DNA from: an uncultured Acidobacteriota bacterium
GTDB taxonomy: Bacteria; Acidobacteriota; Thermoanaerobaculia; Multivoradales; UBA5704
DNA: 64,000 bases
Direction of reading: 5' to 3'
NCBI GenBank assembly: GCA_963755825.1
Contig: CAVWLA010000001.1
Location: 258,808 to 322,807 of the forward strand
Shown here: piece by piece, positions 55,088-64,000 of the stretch
Numbering within the stretch: the first letter of the stretch is position 1
Layout: every line of letters starts with the position of its first letter
Translations under genes and position numbers: made by a program
The notes under the pieces: model-generated
Database searches by the model: none
The model's input: the letters and a program-made list of their open reading frames with translations, nothing else
What the model was told of the DNA's origin: nothing

Positions 55088-55999
55088 ATGGACTCCTATC
55101 TCCACAGGCTGCCGAGACTGTGCCTGCCGCTCGCCGCGGCGGCTCTCCTGCTCGCCGAGGTGGCGCCCGCCCAGGCCACGGTCAACACCGTCTATGCCTG
55201 CGCCGGCGGCGGCAACGGCGGCCAGCACGACTACATCTTCAACGGCTTCTACGTCGCCAACGTGCACGCCACCAACCTGCACTCGGTCGCCATCATCTAC
55301 CGGTCCGATTCGTCCGGCACCTACTCGATCAGCCTGACGGCCCACCGGGGCTCGTACACCGGCCCGGTGGTGGGGACGACGCAGACGCTGAACGCGTCGC
55401 TCCCGTCCGGCGCCGACCAGCAGCTCACCTACAACTTCGGCGATGCCGCGATGAACACCGGCGACACCCTCTTCTTCACCCACACCTACAGCGGTCCCGG
55501 CAACGTCTTCTTCAGCCTTTCGGATTCGGGCTGCACGGGGGACGAGGAGTCGGTCGGCACCTCGAGCAACCTCAACGGCTTCAGCGTCGGCGTCGCCATC
55601 ACCTCGAACGTCGTCAACACGCCGCCGCCGCCGACCTGCCCGAACGCGCAGACGCTCTGCATCGACGACGTCGCCGGCGACAAGCGCTTCCAGATCACCG
55701 TCACCTACAACACCGGCACCACCTCGGGCAACGGCGGCCCGATCGACCTGAAGCCGGTCAACGTCACCTTCGGCGGCCTCTTCTGGTTCTTCAACCCGAG
55801 CAACCCCGAGATGCTGATCAAGGTGCTCGACGGCTGCACGGTGAACAATCACTTCTGGGTCTTCTACTCGGCGGGCACCGACGTCGGCTTCCACGTCACC
55901 GTCAAGGACTCGAAGACCGGCCACATGGTCAGCTACAGCAATCCGCTCCACACGGCGGCGCCGCCGGTGCAGGACACCAGCGCCTTCGTCTGCCCTTAG
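55088..55999 (+). CDS. Secreted protein with the shared ~105 aa C-terminal module (third family member)
   Basis: ORF 55058-55999. Start assigned to ATG 55088 (GGAGGA RBS 7 nt upstream; signal peptide MDSYLHRLPRLCLPLAAAALLLAEVAPAQA). The C-terminus (...KRFQITVTYNTG...FGGLFWFFNPSNPEMLIKVLDGC...DTSAFVCP) is homologous to the 26691-28509 proteins. Confidence 0.6.
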   Translation: MDSYLHRLPRLCLPLAAAALLLAEVAPAQATVNTVYACAGGGNGGQHDYIFNGFYVANVHATNLHSVAIIYRSDSSGTYSISLTAHRGSYTGPVVGTTQTLNASLPSGADQQLTYNFGDAAMNTGDTLFFTHTYSGPGNVFFSLSDSGCTGDEESVGTSSNLNGFSVGVAITSNVVNTPPPPTCPNAQTLCIDDVAGDKRFQITVTYNTGTTSGNGGPIDLKPVNVTFGGLFWFFNPSNPEMLIKVLDGCTVNNHFWVFYSAGTDVGFHVTVKDSKTGHMVSYSNPLHTAAPPVQDTSAFVCP

Positions 56000-56011
56000 G
56001 TTCCCCCCCAC

Positions 56012-56056
56012 CTCCGGCCGGCGCCGCGCGATGGCCGATCGCGCCGCCGGCCGGAG
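56012..56056. terminator. Perfect 45 nt GC-rich palindrome/hairpin after the stop at 55999
   Basis: ctccggccggcg-ccgcgcgat-ggcc-gatcgcgcc-gccggccggag with nested perfect stems. Confidence 0.45.
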
Positions 56057-56120
56057 AGCTCCCCTCCGCCTTGCTCCCGCCCTCCCCTTGCGGAGAGAAT
56101 GAGGGCGTAGCCACCGCCGC

Positions 56121-57482
56121 ATGATCGACTCCCTCCCCCAGCAGAAGGCGCTCCCCCACAGCGAGGAGTCGGAGCGCGCCGTGCTCGGCGGCATCCTGCT
56201 CGACCCGCGGGTGCTGCCGACGATCTCCGGCCGCCTGCGCCCCGACGACTTCTACCTCGAGCGCCACCAGACGCTCTACGACGCCATGCTCGCCCTCCAG
56301 GAGCAGCAGGTGGAGATCGACCTGCGCACCCTGCAGGCGAAGCTCGAGCAGCAGGGGACCTTCGACTCGATCGGCGGCGTCGCCTACCTCTCGCAGCTCG
56401 ACCTCGACCTCCCCGACCTCGGCCGCATCGATGCCTACGTCGAGATCATCAAGGAGCGCTCGGTCCGCCGCCGGCTCATCCAGGTGTCGGGCAAGATCAT
56501 CCGCGACTGCCTCGACGGCGGCCTCGAGGCGCAGGCGGCGCTCGCCCACGCCGAGCAGGCGATCCTCGGCCTCGGCGAGGAGGCGGTGCAGCGCGGCTTC
56601 GTGCAGATCGGCCAGGTCTTCCACTCGACCCTGGAGGATCTCGAGGAGCGGCCGGGCTCGACGCTGATCGGCGTGCCGACCGGCTTCATCGACTTCAACC
56701 GCCTCTCGCATGGGTTGAACCGCGGCAACCTCATCATCATCGCCGGCCGCCCCGGCATGGGGAAGACCAGCTTCGCCTTGAACATCGCCCAGCACGTCGC
56801 CATCCGCGAGAAGCGGGGCGTCGGGATGTTCTCGCTCGAGATGAGCCAGCAGGAGCTCGCGCTGCGCATACTCTGCTCGGAGGCCGACGTGCCGTTCTCG
56901 CGGCTGCGCTCCGGAGCGCTCTCCCAGAAGCAGTGGAGCCGCGTCATCCAGACCGTCCGCGGCACCAGCGACGCGCCGTTCTACATCGACGACTCGGCGA
57001 ACCCCACCCTCCTCGAGGTGGCCTCGAAGTCGCGCCGCCTGAAGGCCGAGCGCGGCCTGGAGCTGGTCATCCTCGACTACCTGCAGCTCATGCAGGCGGG
57101 CGGCCGTTACGAGAACCGCAACCTGGAGATCGCCGCCATCAGCCGCGGCCTGAAGCAGCTCGCCAAGGAGCTCGACCTGCCGGTGATCGCCCTCTCGCAG
57201 CTCTCCCGCCAGCCGGAGCGGCGGGGGAGCGACCACCGCCCGCAGCTCGCCGACCTGCGCGAGAGCGGCTCGATCGAGCAGGACGCCGACATGGTCGCCT
57301 TCGTCTACCGCGACGAGGTCTACAACCCCGACGACGCCGACAACAAGGGCCTGGCGGAGCTCATCGTCGCCAAGCACAGGAACGGCGAGACCGGCACCAT
57401 CGAGCTCTACTTCAACGGCGAGACGACCACCTTCCGCAACCTTGCCCGCGATGGCGCGACCGAGCCCGACGCCCCCTTCTGA
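56121..57482 (+). CDS. dnaB: Replicative DNA helicase DnaB
   Basis: 453 aa with Walker A IIIAGRPGMGKTSFAL, Walker B LVILDYLQLM and an N-terminal DnaB primase-interaction domain. Confidence 0.9.
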   Translation: MIDSLPQQKALPHSEESERAVLGGILLDPRVLPTISGRLRPDDFYLERHQTLYDAMLALQEQQVEIDLRTLQAKLEQQGTFDSIGGVAYLSQLDLDLPDLGRIDAYVEIIKERSVRRRLIQVSGKIIRDCLDGGLEAQAALAHAEQAILGLGEEAVQRGFVQIGQVFHSTLEDLEERPGSTLIGVPTGFIDFNRLSHGLNRGNLIIIAGRPGMGKTSFALNIAQHVAIREKRGVGMFSLEMSQQELALRILCSEADVPFSRLRSGALSQKQWSRVIQTVRGTSDAPFYIDDSANPTLLEVASKSRRLKAERGLELVILDYLQLMQAGGRYENRNLEIAAISRGLKQLAKELDLPVIALSQLSRQPERRGSDHRPQLADLRESGSIEQDADMVAFVYRDEVYNPDDADNKGLAELIVAKHRNGETGTIELYFNGETTTFRNLARDGATEPDAPF

Positions 57483-58677
57483 TCCGCCGCGCTCGGCGGA
57501 GTTGGGCAACCCGACAGACGATCTCGCCGCCGCCCTGCGGCCGGCCTGGGTCGACGTCGACCTCGACGCCCTCCTCGCCAACCTCGCCGCCATCCGCCGC
57601 CGCGCGCCCGGGATGCGGACCCTCGCCGTGGTCAAGGCGGACGCCTACGGCCACGGCGCCGTCGGCGTCTCGCGCGCCCTCGAGCGCGGCGGCGTCGAGT
57701 GGCTGGGCGTCGCCCTCCTCGAGGAGGGGGCGGAGCTGCGGCGGGCCGGCATCGCTCTCCCCATCCTCGTCCTCGGCACGGCGCGGCCGGCGAAGATCGC
57801 CCTCTACCGCCGCTATCGTCTGACCCCCACCATCTCCAGCCTCGGCGAGCTCGCCCTCTGGCGGCAGTGGGTGGCGGGCGAGGTGGAGCCGCAGCCGGTC
57901 CACCTCAAGGTCGACACCGGCATGGGGCGGCTGGGGATCGCCGAGGGCGAGGTGGCCGAGGCGCTCGCCGCCCTCCGCGCCGAGCCGCGCCTCCGCCTCG
58001 CCGGCCTGCTGTCGCACTTCGCCGACGCCGACGATCCGGCGAGCCCGCGCAACCGCCTCCAGGAGGAGCGCTTCGCGGCGGTCGTCGCGGCGCTGACGCC
58101 GGCCGAGCGCGAGGGGATCGAGATCCACATGGCGAACAGCGCCGCGGCGCTGTCGCGGCCCGCCGCCCGCTTCACCCTCGGCCGGCTGGGGATCGCTCTC
58201 TACGGCGTCGACCCGCTGGCGCAGGCGGCGGACCTGGCGCCGGTGATGTCGGTGGCGGCGCGGATCGTCCAGCTCCGCGAGGTGCCGGCGGGGACGCCGC
58301 TCTCCTACGGCGGCCGCACCGTCGCCCGCCGGCGGAGCCGCATCGCCGTCGTGCCGGTGGGCTACGCCGACGGCTACGCCTGGCGGCTGACCGGCCGCGC
58401 CGACGCCCTGGTGCGCGGCCGCCGGGTGCCGATCGCCGGCTCGGTGACCATGGACATGACGCTCCTCGACGTCACCGACACCGGCGGCGAGGTGGGGGAG
58501 GAGGTCGTCCTCCTCGGCCGCCAGGGCGGCGAGGAGGTGAGCGCCGCCGAGCTCGCCCGCCACGCCGGGACGATCTCCTGGGAGATTCTCTGCCACCTCG
58601 GCCTCCGCCTGCCGCGCCGCTACCGGCGCGATGGCCGGGTCGAGGAGCTGGTGTCGCGCTTCTCGCGGGACGACTAG
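57442..58677 (+). CDS. alr: Alanine racemase (start may be downstream, e.g. TTG 57502)
   Basis: PLP-binding AVVKADAYGHG and a C-terminal beta domain with the catalytic Tyr region (VPVGYADGY). The first ATG overlaps the dnaB end by 41 nt. Confidence 0.85.
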   Translation: MPAMARPSPTPPSDPPRSAELGNPTDDLAAALRPAWVDVDLDALLANLAAIRRRAPGMRTLAVVKADAYGHGAVGVSRALERGGVEWLGVALLEEGAELRRAGIALPILVLGTARPAKIALYRRYRLTPTISSLGELALWRQWVAGEVEPQPVHLKVDTGMGRLGIAEGEVAEALAALRAEPRLRLAGLLSHFADADDPASPRNRLQEERFAAVVAALTPAEREGIEIHMANSAAALSRPAARFTLGRLGIALYGVDPLAQAADLAPVMSVAARIVQLREVPAGTPLSYGGRTVARRRSRIAVVPVGYADGYAWRLTGRADALVRGRRVPIAGSVTMDMTLLDVTDTGGEVGEEVVLLGRQGGEEVSAAELARHAGTISWEILCHLGLRLPRRYRRDGRVEELVSRFSRDD

Positions 58678-58730
58678 CCAATGCCGGGATAGGATGACCC
58701 CCTTCGAGGCGAGAGCGGAGCGAGCGCGAT

Positions 58731-59540
58731 TTGGCAGCCCACACCCAGACCCTAGCCCCCGAGCGGCGGCGGCCGCTGCGCGCGCCGGCGATGCCCGGCC
58801 CGCTCGCCCGCTTCTTCGAGGAGATGGGGCGCCTGGTGCAGATGATCTGGCGCGTCCTCGCCTGGACGCCGCGGCCGCCCTACGACGTGCGCGAGCTGCT
58901 CCGCCAGATGGTGCGCGTGGGCTTCGACTCGATCCCGGTGGTGATGCTGACCGCCATGTTCACCGGCATGGTGCTGGCGCTCGAGACCTTCACCGTCCTC
59001 CTGCGCTTCAACGCCGAGAGCTTCGTCGGCTCGCTCGTCGGCCTCTCCATGGTGCGCGAGCTGTCTTCGGTGCTCTCCGGCCTCATCGTCGCCGGCCGCG
59101 TCGGCTCGGCGATGGGGGCGGAGCTCGGCACCATGCGGGTGACCGAGCAGATCGACGCCCTCGAGGTGATGGCGACCGATCCGGTGCACTACCTGGTGGT
59201 GCCGCGGGTGTGGGCGACGACCCTCACCCTGCCGATCCTGATCGTCCTCGCCGACGCCATCGGCATCTACGGCGGCTATCTGGTCTCCGTCGTCCTCCTC
59301 GGCGCCAACCCCGTCTCCTACCTCGCCAAGAGCTTCCAGTACATGGATCTGCACGACCTCTTCGCCGGCCTCATCAAGGCCGCCGTCTTCGGCTTCCTGC
59401 TCGCCGTCATCGGCTGCCAGAAGGGCTTCTACACCACCGGCGGCGCCGAGGGCGTGGGGCGCTCGACGACCAGCGCCGTGGTCTCCGCCTCGATCGCCAT
59501 CCTGATCGCCGACTTCTTCTTGTCGAAGCTGCTCTTCTGA
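58731..59540 (+). CDS. mlaE: Mla/Ttg2-type ABC transporter permease (MlaE family)
   Basis: 269 aa with a 5-6 TM MlaE/YrbE pattern (ELGTMRVTEQIDALEVM signature). Confidence 0.85.
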   Translation: MAAHTQTLAPERRRPLRAPAMPGPLARFFEEMGRLVQMIWRVLAWTPRPPYDVRELLRQMVRVGFDSIPVVMLTAMFTGMVLALETFTVLLRFNAESFVGSLVGLSMVRELSSVLSGLIVAGRVGSAMGAELGTMRVTEQIDALEVMATDPVHYLVVPRVWATTLTLPILIVLADAIGIYGGYLVSVVLLGANPVSYLAKSFQYMDLHDLFAGLIKAAVFGFLLAVIGCQKGFYTTGGAEGVGRSTTSAVVSASIAILIADFFLSKLLF

Positions 59541-59551
59541 GCGGAGCGCTG

Positions 59552-60379
59552 ATGGCCGAGCCGCAGCGCCGAGAGCAGGACCGTCCGCAGATCGCCATCC
59601 GCGGCCTCAAGAAGTCATTCGGCCCCAAGGTGGTGCTCGACGGCGTCGACCTGGATATCGCCGCCGGCGAGTCGCTCGTCGTCATCGGCGCCTCGGGGAC
59701 CGGCAAGAGCGTGCTCCTGAAGCACATCGTCGGCCTGATGAAGCCCGACGCCGGCAGCGTCGAGGTGGACGGCGTCGAGATCGCCAAGCTCGGCTACCGC
59801 GAGCTCACCGACTTCCGCCGCAAGTTCGGCATGTCGTTCCAGGAGGGGGCGCTCTTCGACTCCATGTCGGTGGCCGAGAACGTCGCCTTCCCCCTGAAGC
59901 GGCTGACCAAGAAATCGAAGGACGAGATCCGCCAGCGGGTGGAGGAGTGCCTGGCGCTGGTCCAGCTGCCGGGGATCGGCGACCGCATGCCGTCGCAGCT
60001 CTCCGGCGGCATGCGGCGGCGGGTGGGCTTCGCGCGGGCGATCGCGCAGGTGCCCGAGATCCTCCTCTTCGACGAGCCGACGACCGGCCTCGACCCGGTG
60101 ACGACGGCGCAGATCAACGAGGTGATCGTCAGCATGAACGATCAGCTCAAGGCGACCATGGTCACCATCACCCACGACATGGAGAGCGCCTACCGGATCG
60201 GCGACCGCATCGCCATGCTCGACCGCGGCAAGATCGTCGCGGCGGCGCCGCCGGCCGAGTTCAAGGAGCTCTCCGATCCTCGCATCCAGCAGTTCCTGCA
60301 CGGCCGCGCCGAGGGTCCGCTCACCGAGGCGAGCCGCCATGCCGCCGCCGAGCCGGCGCCCGCCGGGCAGGTGGAGTAG
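59552..60379 (+). CDS. mlaF: Mla-type ABC transporter ATP-binding protein (MlaF family)
   Basis: ORF 58631-60379 trimmed to ATG 59552 (GGAG RBS). Walker A GASGTGKSVL, signature LSGGMRRRVGFARAI, Walker B LLFDEPTTGLD. Confidence 0.85.
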   Translation: MAEPQRREQDRPQIAIRGLKKSFGPKVVLDGVDLDIAAGESLVVIGASGTGKSVLLKHIVGLMKPDAGSVEVDGVEIAKLGYRELTDFRRKFGMSFQEGALFDSMSVAENVAFPLKRLTKKSKDEIRQRVEECLALVQLPGIGDRMPSQLSGGMRRRVGFARAIAQVPEILLFDEPTTGLDPVTTAQINEVIVSMNDQLKATMVTITHDMESAYRIGDRIAMLDRGKIVAAAPPAEFKELSDPRIQQFLHGRAEGPLTEASRHAAAEPAPAGQVE

Positions 60380-60529
60380 ACTTCCCTCGCCCCACCCCGC
60401 GGACCTGCCGACCGAGAGCGTTCCCGAGCCGCGCAGACGGCGGTCCCCGGCCCCACGTGTTGGTACGACTCGTGCAACTGCCACGACGGCAGCTGCACCT
60501 AACGACGTAACTACTCAAAGGGGGTCACT

Positions 60530-60778
60530 ATGGGCATTCTGGCTTGGATCGTGCTCGGTATCGTCTCTGGCTTCGTCGCCAGCAAGATCGTCAACAAGAG
60601 CGGCGAGGGACTCCTCCTCGACCTCGTGCTCGGCATCATCGGCGCGGTGGTCGGCGGCTGGCTGTTCAGCATGTTCGGCCACAGCGGCGTCACCGGCCTC
60701 AACCTCTACAGCTTCCTGGTGGCGATCATCGGCGCCGTCCTCGTCCTCGTCATCTACCACGCCATCCGGCGGATGTAA
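60530..60778 (+). CDS. GlsB/YeaQ/YmgE-family (transglycosylase-associated) small membrane stress protein
   Basis: 82 aa with 3 TM helices and the motif GILAWIVLGIVSGFVASKI...GIIGAVVGGWLF. AGGGGG RBS. Confidence 0.75.
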   Translation: MGILAWIVLGIVSGFVASKIVNKSGEGLLLDLVLGIIGAVVGGWLFSMFGHSGVTGLNLYSFLVAIIGAVLVLVIYHAIRRM

Positions 60779-60818
60779 GCGTCCCTCCGCCCGCCCCACC
60801 CCTTCTGTGGAAATACGC

Positions 60819-60843
60819 GGTCCGGCCGCTCGGCGGCCGGACC
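60819..60843. terminator. Hairpin ggtccggccg-ctcg-gcggccggacc after the small membrane protein gene
   Basis: 10 bp perfect stem about 40 nt after the stop at 60778. Confidence 0.4.
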
Positions 60844-60973
60844 GTTCGGCGCGCTCGCGGGCCGGACCGCTCGCCGCCTCCGGCAGCCTGCCGCGAGACG
60901 CTGCTAGACTTTGGCTGTCATCGCCGCATCCGTGCCGACGTAACCTCGGTGCTCGGCGTCATCGCCGGAGGGA

Positions 60974-62437
60974 ATGTCTTTGAGCCAGGTCGTCAAGCTG
61001 GGAGTCTTCGGCAGCATCGGTCTCGTCGTCCTCGCCCTCCTCATCTGGCGCATCGAGGACATCCACCCGTTCCAGCGCCAGGCGGGCCGCAAGATCTCGG
61101 CGGTCTTCGACTCCGTCGCCGGCCTCGACGACAAGGCCTCGGTGCGCATCGCCGGCGTCCGCATCGGCCGCGTCGACGGCGTCGACCTCCTCGGCCGCCG
61201 CGCCCGCGTCGGCATCCGCCTGGAGAAGCCGGTGACGCTGACCGAGGGGACCTACGCCAAGATCTCGAACCTCGGGCTCCTCGGCGAGAAGTACGTCGAG
61301 CTGGTGCCCGGCCCCGACGGCGCCCCGGTGCTCGGCAGGGACGCCATCCTCCCCGGCCGCACGCCCCCCTCCTTCGACGATGCGATGGCGAAGCTCGAGA
61401 GCATCGGCGACTCGATCCAGGGCATCACCGGCCAGCTCGGCGGCGGCGCCGGCGGCGGCGGCATCAACCGGCTGCTCAACAGCCTGGAGGCGACGAGCGA
61501 CGAGATCCGCGCCCTGGTCGCCGAGAACCGCGCCACCATCGGCTCGACGGTCACCCACTTCGACGCCCTCTCCGGCACCCTCGCCCGCGAGCTGCCGCGC
61601 CTGGCGGGCGAGATGTCGCGCACCGTCACCCAGATCTCGGAGATCCTGGCCGAGAACAAGGGCAACGTCTCGGCGTCGATCGCCAACGCCCGCGAGCTCA
61701 CCACCCGGCTGCAGACCTCGGTCGACAACTTGAACGCCATCACCGGCAAGATCGCCAGCGGCGAGGGAACGGTCGGCAAGCTGGTCAACAAGAACGAGGC
61801 CTACGACAAAGTGGTCGGCACCCTCGACAGCATCAAGGGCGGCGTCGAGACCCTGAGCAGCACGCTCGGCGCGGCGCAGAAGTTCAAGCTCGACCTCGAC
61901 CTGCAGAGCTTCCGGCTGAACGCCGGCCAGTCGCGAAGCGGCCTCTCGATCGACGTCGACCCCTCCGACGGCAAGCACCTCTACCGCATCGGCGTCGCCA
62001 GCACGCCGGACGGCCGGCGGACGACGAAGACCCAGGACATCACCTTCACCGGCCCGGACGGCGCCAGCACCAGCGAGACGATCACCACCTTCAGCTCGGA
62101 GAACACCTACGTGCTCTCCGGCCTCTTCGGCTACAAGGGGCCGTACGACACCCGGCTGTGGGCCGGGGTGATCGAGAACACCGGCGGCGGCGCCATCGAC
62201 TATCCGCTCTTCGGCCGCCGCGGCCTGCTCTCCTTCGAGGCCTTCGACTTCAACCGCGAGGAGAAGAAGAAGCCCCACCTGCGGCTCTCCGGCCGCTACC
62301 GGTTCGCCCCCAACCTCTACCTGATCGGCGGCTACGACGATCCCCTGGAGACCAAGTCGCTCTTCCTCGGCGCCGGCATCCGCTGGAACGACGACAACCT
62401 GAAGTACATCCTGGGAGCGGCGGCGGGGAAGCTCTAG
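60974..62437 (+). CDS. mlaD: MCE-family (MlaD-like) protein with long C-terminal extension
   Basis: N-terminal TM anchor LGVFGSIGLVVLALLIW, then the MCE domain (AVFDSVAGLDDKASVRIAGVRIGRV), a long coiled-coil and beta-rich C-terminal region. GGAGGGA RBS. Confidence 0.75.
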   Translation: MSLSQVVKLGVFGSIGLVVLALLIWRIEDIHPFQRQAGRKISAVFDSVAGLDDKASVRIAGVRIGRVDGVDLLGRRARVGIRLEKPVTLTEGTYAKISNLGLLGEKYVELVPGPDGAPVLGRDAILPGRTPPSFDDAMAKLESIGDSIQGITGQLGGGAGGGGINRLLNSLEATSDEIRALVAENRATIGSTVTHFDALSGTLARELPRLAGEMSRTVTQISEILAENKGNVSASIANARELTTRLQTSVDNLNAITGKIASGEGTVGKLVNKNEAYDKVVGTLDSIKGGVETLSSTLGAAQKFKLDLDLQSFRLNAGQSRSGLSIDVDPSDGKHLYRIGVASTPDGRRTTKTQDITFTGPDGASTSETITTFSSENTYVLSGLFGYKGPYDTRLWAGVIENTGGGAIDYPLFGRRGLLSFEAFDFNREEKKKPHLRLSGRYRFAPNLYLIGGYDDPLETKSLFLGAGIRWNDDNLKYILGAAAGKL

Positions 62438-62441
62438 CGGG

Positions 62442-63038
62442 TTAGCGGGCGACCGCCCCGGCCCGCTCGCCGGCGCTCTCGGGCCGGCGGCTCGCCGCGG
62501 CGAGGAGCTCCTCCAAGGGCTTGCCGTCGACGCTGAAGGTGACGCCGCGGACCCCCTCGAACTGCAGGGCGGTGTCGCGCAGCTGGGCGGCGATGCGGCG
62601 GGCGTTGCACTCGTCGCCGACCTCGAGGTAGCCGGAGAGGTAGACGTGCGCCTCGCCGCCTTGCACGTCGAGGCTGGAGAGCGCCAGCGACGAGGCGTAG
62701 AGCGGATCGGCGAGCCCCGAGCGGGAGTCGACGGCGCCGCTCTTGGCGAGGAGAGCGCGGATCGCCCCGGCGAAGGCGGGCGCCGGTGCCGGCAGGGTGA
62801 CCTCGACCGGCATTGTGCTGTCGCCGCAGCCGGCGGCGCGGCCCGAGCGCCCGGCGTCGCCCGGCGCGATGAGGAACAGGCGGACGCGGTCGGTCACCGC
62901 GGCGGCGGCGGGCTTCGCCGGCGGCCGGGGAGGGGCGCCGGCGTGACGGCAGGGGAGCGAGAGCGAGAGGGCGACCGCGAGGCCGAGCCGGAGCGCGGGC
63001 GCCGCCGCCGGCAGCAGCAGGCGGCTCAGAGCGGCCAC
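62442..63038 (-). CDS. Hypothetical lipoprotein (GerMN-like fold suspected)
   Basis: 198 aa with signal/lipobox-like LSLSLPCRH. Weak similarity of [33 protein letters not shown] to GerMN-domain proteins. Low confidence. Confidence 0.35.
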   Translation of the reverse strand: MAALSRLLLPAAAPALRLGLAVALSLSLPCRHAGAPPRPPAKPAAAAVTDRVRLFLIAPGDAGRSGRAAGCGDSTMPVEVTLPAPAPAFAGAIRALLAKSGAVDSRSGLADPLYASSLALSSLDVQGGEAHVYLSGYLEVGDECNARRIAAQLRDTALQFEGVRGVTFSVDGKPLEELLAAASRRPESAGERAGAVAR

Positions 63039-63157
63039 CCCGGCCGGCCGGTGGCGAGCGAGCCACGACGGAAACTGGGACGGAGAGCGGGGCGGGGAGG
63101 GTCCGGCGGTGGCATCGGTGGCATCGGCAGCGTGGCGATGCTAGCGTCCCCCCACCG

Positions 63158-63952
63158 ATGAGGCAATATCTCGATCTGCTGCAGCACATCCTCGACCACG
63201 GCGAGGAGAAGGGGGATCGCACCGGCACCGGCACCCTCTCGGTCTTCGGCCACCAGATGCGCTTCGACCTCGCGGCGGGCTTCCCGCTGCTGACGACCAA
63301 GAAGCTCCACCTGCGCTCGATCGTCCACGAGCTCCTCTGGTTCCTCTCCGGCAGCACCAACGTCGCGCCGCTCCACCAGCACGGGGTGACCATCTGGGAC
63401 GAATGGGCGGACGCCGAGGGCGAGCTGGGGCCGATCTACGGCCGCCAGTGGCGCGCCTGGCCGGCCCCCGACGGGCGGACCATCGACCAGCTGGCGCAGG
63501 TCGTCGAGGGCATCCGCCGCGATCCCGACTCGCGCCGCCACGTGGTCTCCGCCTGGAACGTCGCCGACCTGCCGCGGATGAGCCTGCCGCCCTGCCACGC
63601 GCTCTTCCAGTTCTACGTCGCCCGCGGCCGCCTCTCCTGTCAGCTCTACCAGCGGAGCGCCGACGTCTTCTTGGGCGTCCCCTTCAACATCGCCTCTTAT
63701 GCTCTCCTCACCGCCATGGTGGCCCAGGTGACCGGCCTCGCGCCGGGCGAGCTCGTCCACACCCTGGGCGACGCCCACCTCTACTCGAACCATCGCCAGC
63801 AGGCGCTCCTCCAGCTCGGCCGCGCGCCGCGGCCGCTCCCCACCCTGACCCTCGCTCCCGGCGTCCGCTCCCTCTTCGACTTCCGCTACGAGGACGTGGC
63901 GATCGCGGGCTACGACCCGCACCCGGCGATCAAGGCGCCGATCGCCGTCTGA
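63158..63952 (+). CDS. thyA: Thymidylate synthase (ThyA, folate-dependent)
   Basis: 264 aa with [11 protein letters not shown], catalytic Cys in [12 protein letters not shown] and DAHLYSNH motifs. Confidence 0.9.
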   Translation: MRQYLDLLQHILDHGEEKGDRTGTGTLSVFGHQMRFDLAAGFPLLTTKKLHLRSIVHELLWFLSGSTNVAPLHQHGVTIWDEWADAEGELGPIYGRQWRAWPAPDGRTIDQLAQVVEGIRRDPDSRRHVVSAWNVADLPRMSLPPCHALFQFYVARGRLSCQLYQRSADVFLGVPFNIASYALLTAMVAQVTGLAPGELVHTLGDAHLYSNHRQQALLQLGRAPRPLPTLTLAPGVRSLFDFRYEDVAIAGYDPHPAIKAPIAV

Positions 63953-64000
63953 GCCCCTCTCCCGAGCCCTGGACGATGTCCGTCGGCCTGATCGCCGCGC

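Overview
This is a 64 kb window of a high-GC (roughly 70%) bacterial chromosome. Long spurious antisense ORFs are everywhere and were discounted. The ADOP-family duplicated FtsX permease at 36711-39221 and the abundance of secreted BNR/PPC-domain proteins suggest an Acidobacteriota-like, or possibly Myxococcota/Gemmatimonadota-like, organism; that is an inference, not a database result.

Main content by region:
- 92-2641: class II UvrA paralog.
- 2719-4365: secreted TPR protein.
- 4400-7200: a lower-GC islet. It holds a DUF2188-like gene, an orphan 202 aa gene and a duplicated small membrane gene, flanked by about 200 bp direct repeats.
- 7283-10652: macA-like adaptor, ABC ATPase and FtsX permease.
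- 10660-12719: glnS, with a homopolymer frameshift and a Deinococcus-type C-terminal YqeY/GatB-like domain.
- 12739-14682: M1 aminopeptidase.
- 14679-22522: a seven-gene minus-strand isoprenoid operon. It runs polyprenyl synthase, IDI-2, class I HMG-CoA reductase, mevalonate kinase, GHMP decarboxylase, isopentenyl phosphate kinase, then squalene/phytoene synthase. No phosphomevalonate kinase is present, so it looks like the alternative mevalonate route via isopentenyl phosphate.
- 22676-32266: a secreted-protein cluster. It contains a 13x BNR/Asp-box protein and two tandem PPC-domain paralogs, all sharing an unrecognised ~105 aa C-terminal module. The cluster also holds hypothetical secreted proteins and a GH5-like hydrolase.
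- 32373-41504: housekeeping genes rimO, ribF, trxA, an M24 peptidase, the ADOP permease, and mscL with a C4 zinc-ribbon tail.
- 42077-42240: a long nested inverted repeat.
- 42288-45623: MFS transporter and a Rieske-FAD reductase fusion.
- 45726-49392: a signalling module of zf-UBP protein, cNMP-binding histidine kinase, and a receiver-fused thioredoxin-reductase-like flavoprotein that lacks the CxxC disulfide.
- 49425-49740: a tandem hairpin-repeat array.
- 49987-53013: a 1008 aa SIR2-STAND NTPase-TPR protein, Avs5-like antiviral STAND architecture.
- 53160-53750: nested hairpins and a MITE-like element with about 58 bp terminal inverted repeats.
- 53816-63952: quinone oxidoreductase, another secreted protein carrying the C-terminal module, dnaB, alr, mlaE/mlaF, glsB-like, an MCE protein, a lipoprotein and thyA.

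The strongest candidate for the exciting system is the SIR2-STAND-TPR gene, which sits between repeat and mobile-element-like structures. No tRNA, rRNA or CRISPR array was found.
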